DNA from: Gemmatimonadota bacterium
Lineage (GTDB): Bacteria; Gemmatimonadota; Gemmatimonadetes; Gemmatimonadales; GWC2-71-9
Length of the DNA stretch: 64,000 nucleotides
Direction: 5' to 3'
Assembly (NCBI GenBank): GCA_036679645.1
Contig: JAZDCY010000014.1
Location: forward strand, 258,601 to 322,600
Shown here: piece by piece, positions 58,736 to 64,000 of the stretch
Position numbering within the stretch: position 1 is the stretch's first letter
Layout: every line of letters begins with the position of its first letter
Notes under the pieces: generated by a model
What the model was told of the DNA's origin: nothing
Database searches by the model: none
Seen by the model: only the letters and a program-made list of their open reading frames with translations
Made by a program: the position numbers and the translations under genes

Positions 58736-59818
58736 TCAGAAAAAGGCGTGGAATTCTATGCTCAGCCGATCGAGATCGTCTGTCGCCTGGGGGATGTTCT
58801 GATCGAGCGTGTAGAACGTCGAGACCTGCAGAAACGGCATGGGAAATAGTTCCAACCCGAACCGCGCGCGCGTGCGCGCATTCTCGCCGATGTCCGAGTC
58901 TGGATCCAGAAACCCGTAGGTCACCTTCGTATTGACGCCTCGAACGAGTAGGAAGTTCCCTTCCAGGTATGCTGCGAGCTGTTCGGTGGCCGTGCCCGTC
59001 TCGGGCGTGTCCCGGATCACATCGACTTCGCCCAATACGGTAAACCGCCCGAGGTTGAAGCCCGCGAAACCGCCGTACACGTCTCGTCGGCTACCGGGGC
59101 CCTCATTCCTCGACGCGGAAACACCAATGCGTCCCGGACGGAAGATCAGCGCGGCGGATCCGGTGACCTGCTTGCCGTTGTTGTTCTCGTCCGCGCCCTG
59201 CGTGCCGTTGGTGACCGCGACGAACAGCGAGAGCGGAGCGGGCTCGATGCCGAACTCGACACCCTGGTCGGGCGTGGCATAGTTGAAGCCCGTGCGTCCG
59301 CGGATGAACTCCGTATCATCGACGAGCCGCAGACCGTAGGGGAGAAGAAACTTCCCCACCTTGAGATACGCGTCCAAGGTACGTGCCTCGAGCATCGCGA
59401 AGGCTTCCCGTGTGCTCGCGGAATTGGGCCCGACGATTTCGTCTACGTACACGGAGAGAACATCGGGCACGAGTCGCGCTTCGATCTGGACGTTCGCTTC
59501 GGGTATCGCCAGTGCGGTACGAGGTGTCGACTGGCGTGGCGTTCCGCTCGCCAGCAGCCGCAGGTTGCCCCCTATAGCCAGCCAATCGTTGAGCGAGCGG
59601 CCGCGAAATCCTCGTCGCCCAATGGGCAGGCGCGTCTGTGCAAAGACCGACCCAAACGCGGTGCGTCCGCCGCCACCGGTCCGGTTCGTGTGGCACTGCG
59701 AGCACCGCAGGCCCGTGCGCACCGAGAGGTACGGCTCGCGATCGGGGCTGGCGGCCGACACGCTTGGGACAAACAAGAAGAGCGCGACGACCACGGGCAG
59801 GATCCAGGGCTGTTTCAC
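58736..59818 (-). CDS. Fused monoheme cytochrome c-porin (divergent Cyc2-like architecture)
   Basis: EPYLSVRTGLRCSQCHTNRTGGGGRTAFG after the signal peptide; VGKFLLPYG, DENNNGK, terminal HAFF. Confidence 0.75.
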   Translation of the reverse strand: MKQPWILPVVVALFLFVPSVSAASPDREPYLSVRTGLRCSQCHTNRTGGGGRTAFGSVFAQTRLPIGRRGFRGRSLNDWLAIGGNLRLLASGTPRQSTPRTALAIPEANVQIEARLVPDVLSVYVDEIVGPNSASTREAFAMLEARTLDAYLKVGKFLLPYGLRLVDDTEFIRGRTGFNYATPDQGVEFGIEPAPLSLFVAVTNGTQGADENNNGKQVTGSAALIFRPGRIGVSASRNEGPGSRRDVYGGFAGFNLGRFTVLGEVDVIRDTPETGTATEQLAAYLEGNFLLVRGVNTKVTYGFLDPDSDIGENARTRARFGLELFPMPFLQVSTFYTLDQNIPQATDDLDRLSIEFHAFF

Positions 59819-59827
59819 TGCACCTCC

Positions 59828-60265
59828 CTAGTTGGCTTCAGCGCCGTTCGCGATCCACTCGCGGATAGCGGTGATTTGGTCGGCCTGGAGTGGAGGCAGG
59901 TTGCGCGGCATCCGGAGTCCGACGATGCCGTCTCTTCCCTCGATTTTCCAGACGATGTAACTCGAATCTGGCTTGCCCGGGTTCACGCGTAGGAGTTCCG
60001 AGATTTCCTCGCTGCCGACACCTAGCAGGTTCTGACGCGCTACGCCGGCGTCGAGCGCCAACCCCAATGGTGCGGCTGATCCCGTGTGGCACTGCGTGCA
60101 TATGGGCGTGAAGATGTTCGCCTGAATCCCGGACAGCGTGGGACCCAATGGCACGGCATCGGTGAGCGGTTTCCCGAAGGGGTCCAGGCCGGTGCCCTCA
60201 CCGGGACAGCCGACCCCGACCACGAGAAGGACCGCAACCGCGGCAACTCCACGCGCGCCCATCAC
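59828..60265 (-). CDS. Monoheme cytochrome c lipoprotein
   Basis: VGVGC lipobox, IFTPICTQCH, PGKPDSSY, RMP...IREWI.NGA. Confidence 0.85.
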   Translation of the reverse strand: MMGARGVAAVAVLLVVGVGCPGEGTGLDPFGKPLTDAVPLGPTLSGIQANIFTPICTQCHTGSAAPLGLALDAGVARQNLLGVGSEEISELLRVNPGKPDSSYIVWKIEGRDGIVGLRMPRNLPPLQADQITAIREWIANGAEAN

Positions 60266-61212
60266 CGTTTCTCCTGAAAGTCCGGGTTTTCCCTGAACAA
60301 GCGGTAGAACAGACCGCGTCCTCGATCCAGGGAACGCAGATAATAGACGAGCGCCCAGAGCCGATCGTGTACGAGCCGTTCGACGTCCGGGTCGGGCATC
60401 GCGTCAAGAGCCGCCTGCGTCGGTTGCCCGGCTAGGTACGCCTGGAGCGCGAGAATGGCCTCGTCATCGTAGATGTCGCGGGCGGTCTCAACGTCCCCGT
60501 CCGCTCCGCCCGGGTACGCAACCATGCCACGCTCGAAGGCCGGCATGGGCGAGCCGGAGAGACCGGTCACTAGCGTGCGATAGATGTCGGTGGGATCGGA
60601 CCCGTTCTTGTAATTGCCACGCGTGAAGTCGTAGGGCCTGATCTGCCGGCCCCAATCATCTTCGAGATCCGAGGCCGAGGGACCGTCTCCCCGCCCTACC
60701 GTCCCGTGGCACTGCGCGCAACCGAGCATGGCGTAGACGAAACGCCCCTCCCCCACAAGTGCCGGCGACCCGCCGGGTGCGGGCGGGATTTCCACCGGCG
60801 GATCGGGCTCTTCCTCGCCGAAATACTCGGAGAACTCCTTGATGTATGCGACGAGGGCCCACCGCTGCGCGGGAGTGAGCAATCCCTCCCATGCCGGCAT
60901 CCACGTGCCCGGGACCCCGCGCGAGATACTGCGGAACAGATCTTCGTCGGTTGGTAGGGAGCCGGTAGGCGTACTGCGGAACTTGAACACTCCCGCCGTG
61001 AAGTCACGTGGCTGTGGACTGCCCAGGCGCGGAGCGCCCGGTCCATTGCCGTCGCCGAGGTTCCCGTGACATGGGGAACACGCATCGCCGAACAACCGTC
61101 CCGCATCGACCGAGCTGACGTGCGCAGGCGCCTGCGCGGATGCAAGGCTGACCGACGCAGCGGCGAGCATGCCACCGAGAATGAAGCGACAGATCGAATA
61201 CCTGGTTTTCAT
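60262..61212 (-). CDS. Diheme cytochrome c (PRDFT...LPTDEDL type)
   Basis: CSPCH, CAQCH, GTWMP, GSPMP; signal peptide. Confidence 0.9.
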   Translation of the reverse strand: MKTRYSICRFILGGMLAAASVSLASAQAPAHVSSVDAGRLFGDACSPCHGNLGDGNGPGAPRLGSPQPRDFTAGVFKFRSTPTGSLPTDEDLFRSISRGVPGTWMPAWEGLLTPAQRWALVAYIKEFSEYFGEEEPDPPVEIPPAPGGSPALVGEGRFVYAMLGCAQCHGTVGRGDGPSASDLEDDWGRQIRPYDFTRGNYKNGSDPTDIYRTLVTGLSGSPMPAFERGMVAYPGGADGDVETARDIYDDEAILALQAYLAGQPTQAALDAMPDPDVERLVHDRLWALVYYLRSLDRGRGLFYRLFRENPDFQEKR

Positions 61213-61387
61213 GATCGGATCAAGATCGCGCCGTGTCCAAGGACGACAAACCGCACGTCTGGACGACGGCCCTCGGTAAGGGGTTCATGAAACCGGCCGC
61301 TCCGAGAAGCTCACCTGTTCTTAGCCCGGGGTGGTGAACGCAGGCTTGAGTCCGGGTGAACGTTTCTTCATAAACGCTCGCCAGCAA

Positions 61388-61414
61388 GGAGGCGCCGCTT
61401 CTGGCGGCGCCTCC
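61388..61414 (-). terminator. Hairpin downstream of the tetra-cupredoxin gene
   Basis: ggaggcgccgc-ttctg-gcggcgcctcc, 11-bp perfect stem, only a weak U-tract. Confidence 0.5.
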
Positions 61415-61457
61415 GCTGATCCGTCGGCCGTGGCAGGGGTTCGCACCGACCCTTCGT

Positions 61458-63302
61458 TCACGGGCTCACGACGATGGTTCCGGTCATTCCAGCGGCAGCG
61501 TGTCCGGTGATGGTGCACAGGACATCATATGTTCCCGCCGCGGTGGGTACAAGGAAGAGGGTCGTACTCCCTCCGACCAGAAGCTCGATTGCCCTCAAGT
61601 ACGGTGCCTTGATCTCCGCCTGCGAGTCCTCCGCTTTCCGCAGCACCACCGATTCATAGAACCCCGCGGCCGTGTAGTAGTGCTTGGACGCGTGGCCAGC
61701 CGGATTCGAGATTGCGAAGCGGTATCCCGCACCCACCGTGAGCGCCACGTCCGGCGGCACGAAGCCCAGGACGTCGAGGTTGGGATTGCTCTCGAACATG
61801 GCTACCGCGGTGTCCACGGCGGTGGTCCACACCGCATGAGACCCGGACCGCCGTGCATCTGTCATCAGGGTCGGGTCGAAGCCGGTGGACACCCCCAGAT
61901 CGAGTTGGTAACCCGTACCTCCAACAATGGTCGCCGTTGCCGTCATGCCACGATCTTTGTGCCCGGTAATCGTACAGATGATATCGTACGTCCCCCCCAC
62001 CACCGGGACGAAGTAGATCTCCACGGTGCCGCCGATCAGGAGTTCAACGGCATCGAAGTATGGCGCTTTGTACTCCGCATCCGCGGTCTGCATCTTTCGC
62101 GTGGCGATGGCCTGATAGAAGCTGGTGCCTTCAGGCGACCAATAGTGCTTGCTGGTGTTGGAGGCCGCGTTCGTGATACGCAGGACATACGGCCGTCCCG
62201 CTTCGAGAACCAGGTTGTTGGGAGCGAACGAAAGGGCGTTGCCGGCTCCCTCCACCATCTGGACGTCAATAACAGATCGCTCATCCCAGTTCACAGCGCC
62301 CACCCAGTCGGACGCGTTGACCGGTGGCGATGACACCGGCGGTGCCCGGACCTCGATCGTCCCCGTCATCCCTGCTGCGGCGTGTCCGGTAATCGTACAC
62401 AGAACTTCATACGCGCCCGCCTCCGCCGGCACGACAAAGAGCGTGGCTTCCCCCCCGATCTGCAGCTCAACGGCGTTGAGATACGGCGCCTTGATTTCGG
62501 CGTGGGAGTCCTCGACCTTCCTCATCACGACCGTTCGGTAAAACTCTGCGGCCGTGTAGTAGTGCTTCGACGCGTGACCCGATGGGTTCTCCAGGCGAAT
62601 CCGATACCCCAGACCCTGGGTGAGTTGTAACGCGCTTGGCGAGAAGCCGAGGCTATCCAGCGATGCCCCACTCTCGAACATGGAAACCACCGAATCGACC
62701 GCGCCTGTCCACACCGCGTGCGAGCCGGATCGACGGGCATCGGTCATCAGACTCCGGTCGAAGTCGGCCGCCACCTCGAGGTCGAGTTGGTACCCTTCGC
62801 CTCCGGTGATCGTCGCAGTGGCGGTCATGCCGGCTGCTTTGTGCCCGGTGATCGTACAGATGATGTCATACGTCCCCGCCAGGACGGGCACGAAGTAGAT
62901 CTCGAGCGTACCGCCAATCTGCAGCTCGACAGCGTCGAAGTACGGGGCCTTGTATTCGGCCTCCCCGGTCTCGATCTTTCTCGCAGCGATGGCTTGGTAC
63001 CAACTCGTACCCTCGGGTGACCAGTAGTGCTTGCTGCTGTTCGACGCAGGGTTGGTAATGCGCAGAACATACGGCTTCCCCGCCTCGAACGTCAGATCGT
63101 TCGGCGAGAAGGAGAGCGCTCCCCCCGGTCCCTCTACCATCCGTACGTCGATGACGGTTTTCTCGTCCCAGTTGACGAAGCCGACCCAGTCAGAAGCCGC
63201 AATGGGCGTGACTCCCGGTCCGACGGGGTCCCCCTCGTCACAGGCGACAGCGGCGGCGACTACGAAGACGAGCGCCCCACACGCGAATTTTTGGAAACTC
63301 AT
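61458..63302 (-). CDS. Lipoprotein with four tandem cupredoxin domains (A-B-A-B)
   Basis: AGGAGG RBS, AVAC lipobox; four copies of SKHY...KAPY...CTITGHxxxGM. Confidence 0.87.
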   Translation of the reverse strand: MSFQKFACGALVFVVAAAVACDEGDPVGPGVTPIAASDWVGFVNWDEKTVIDVRMVEGPGGALSFSPNDLTFEAGKPYVLRITNPASNSSKHYWSPEGTSWYQAIAARKIETGEAEYKAPYFDAVELQIGGTLEIYFVPVLAGTYDIICTITGHKAAGMTATATITGGEGYQLDLEVAADFDRSLMTDARRSGSHAVWTGAVDSVVSMFESGASLDSLGFSPSALQLTQGLGYRIRLENPSGHASKHYYTAAEFYRTVVMRKVEDSHAEIKAPYLNAVELQIGGEATLFVVPAEAGAYEVLCTITGHAAAGMTGTIEVRAPPVSSPPVNASDWVGAVNWDERSVIDVQMVEGAGNALSFAPNNLVLEAGRPYVLRITNAASNTSKHYWSPEGTSFYQAIATRKMQTADAEYKAPYFDAVELLIGGTVEIYFVPVVGGTYDIICTITGHKDRGMTATATIVGGTGYQLDLGVSTGFDPTLMTDARRSGSHAVWTTAVDTAVAMFESNPNLDVLGFVPPDVALTVGAGYRFAISNPAGHASKHYYTAAGFYESVVLRKAEDSQAEIKAPYLRAIELLVGGSTTLFLVPTAAGTYDVLCTITGHAAAGMTGTIVVSP

Positions 63303-64000
63303 GATAGACCTCCTAGGCAGAATCGAAGAAACCCGACAGGTCATTTGGCATAAAACAGACCCCGCACACATTCCTATCGGGACTCATCGGCTACCTCGTT
63401 GCGCCACTAGTAGATACATCGTTTTGGCCATTCCGTAGGCGCACCACTGTCGGCGGGAGAATGAGACGCTCACGGTCACACCTACTCTTGCCATTGTCCC
63501 ACTTCTGCGAGTTGTTTCGTCGGAGTTGGCTTCGGGTTGTCGCCTCGTCTCGCGACGCGCGTTGCTCCGGCGAGAACGCGGTCCACAGGCGTGTGAGCGC
63601 GGCTCTGAACCGGCCCTCGGGTGTAGTATTTGTCGGCGGTTAGCGCAGTCTCGATCCGCAAACCGGGTAACGGTTCGCTGGGACTACCACAAGTGGGTCA
63701 GGAGAGTCGATGAGGTCCGGTCATCTCGTTTTCGCGGCGCTTGCGATCGCTCCGGCAGTCGCCCTCGCCACACCGTCGTTTCGTGACGCGCCTGGTGCTT
63801 ACCACGATGCGGAACGTGTTTCATATGCCGACGTGCAGCGTGTCCTGGACGCGCACTGCGCGGGCTGCCACACGGGACCGGAGGCTGCTGCCGGCCTGCA
63901 TCTGGGGGCATGGGAGGAGGTCGTTGCCGGCTCGCGGTACGGTGCTGCGGTGATTCCGTTCGACGCGGCGCGGAGCCTCATGATCGGAATGACGACGAGG

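Noticed and set aside
63303..64000. Short ORFs and possible FNR/sigma54 sites upstream of the redox cluster
   Set aside because: No convincing protein motif or consensus site found by eye
1..64000. CRISPR arrays, tRNA/rRNA genes, integrases or transposases
   Set aside because: None recognised; the repeats seen lack repeat-spacer periodicity

Overview
GC-rich bacterial window; Gemmatimonadota-like by gene content and style (inference only). (1) 1-11.8 kb and 40-50 kb are backbone-like: secreted peptidases, cls, csp, a BlaI/BlaR1-like operon, dinB, tricorn and S9 proteases, AKR and pncA. (2) About 11.9-36 kb is a mosaic copper/heavy-metal region with many gene remnants: copAB, two RND efflux operons, a two-component system and two candidate ribosome-arrest leader ORFs (RAPP and PPPP) with visible anti-Shine-Dalgarno pairings. 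(3) Redox modules: a porin plus diheme cytochrome (33.6-35.3 kb); a Cyc2-like cytochrome-porin cassette bracketed by ~400-bp diverged direct repeats (36-39.7 kb); and an 11-gene minus-strand cluster (50.1-63.3 kb). That last cluster joins a monoheme cytochrome-porin, a lipoprotein with four rusticyanin-type Cu loops, further cupredoxins, several c-type cytochromes and a CydB-less cytochrome bd-like subunit. It is the best candidate for an undescribed outer-membrane-to-terminal-oxidase electron-uptake system. All family calls come from motif recognition by eye; no database search was run.
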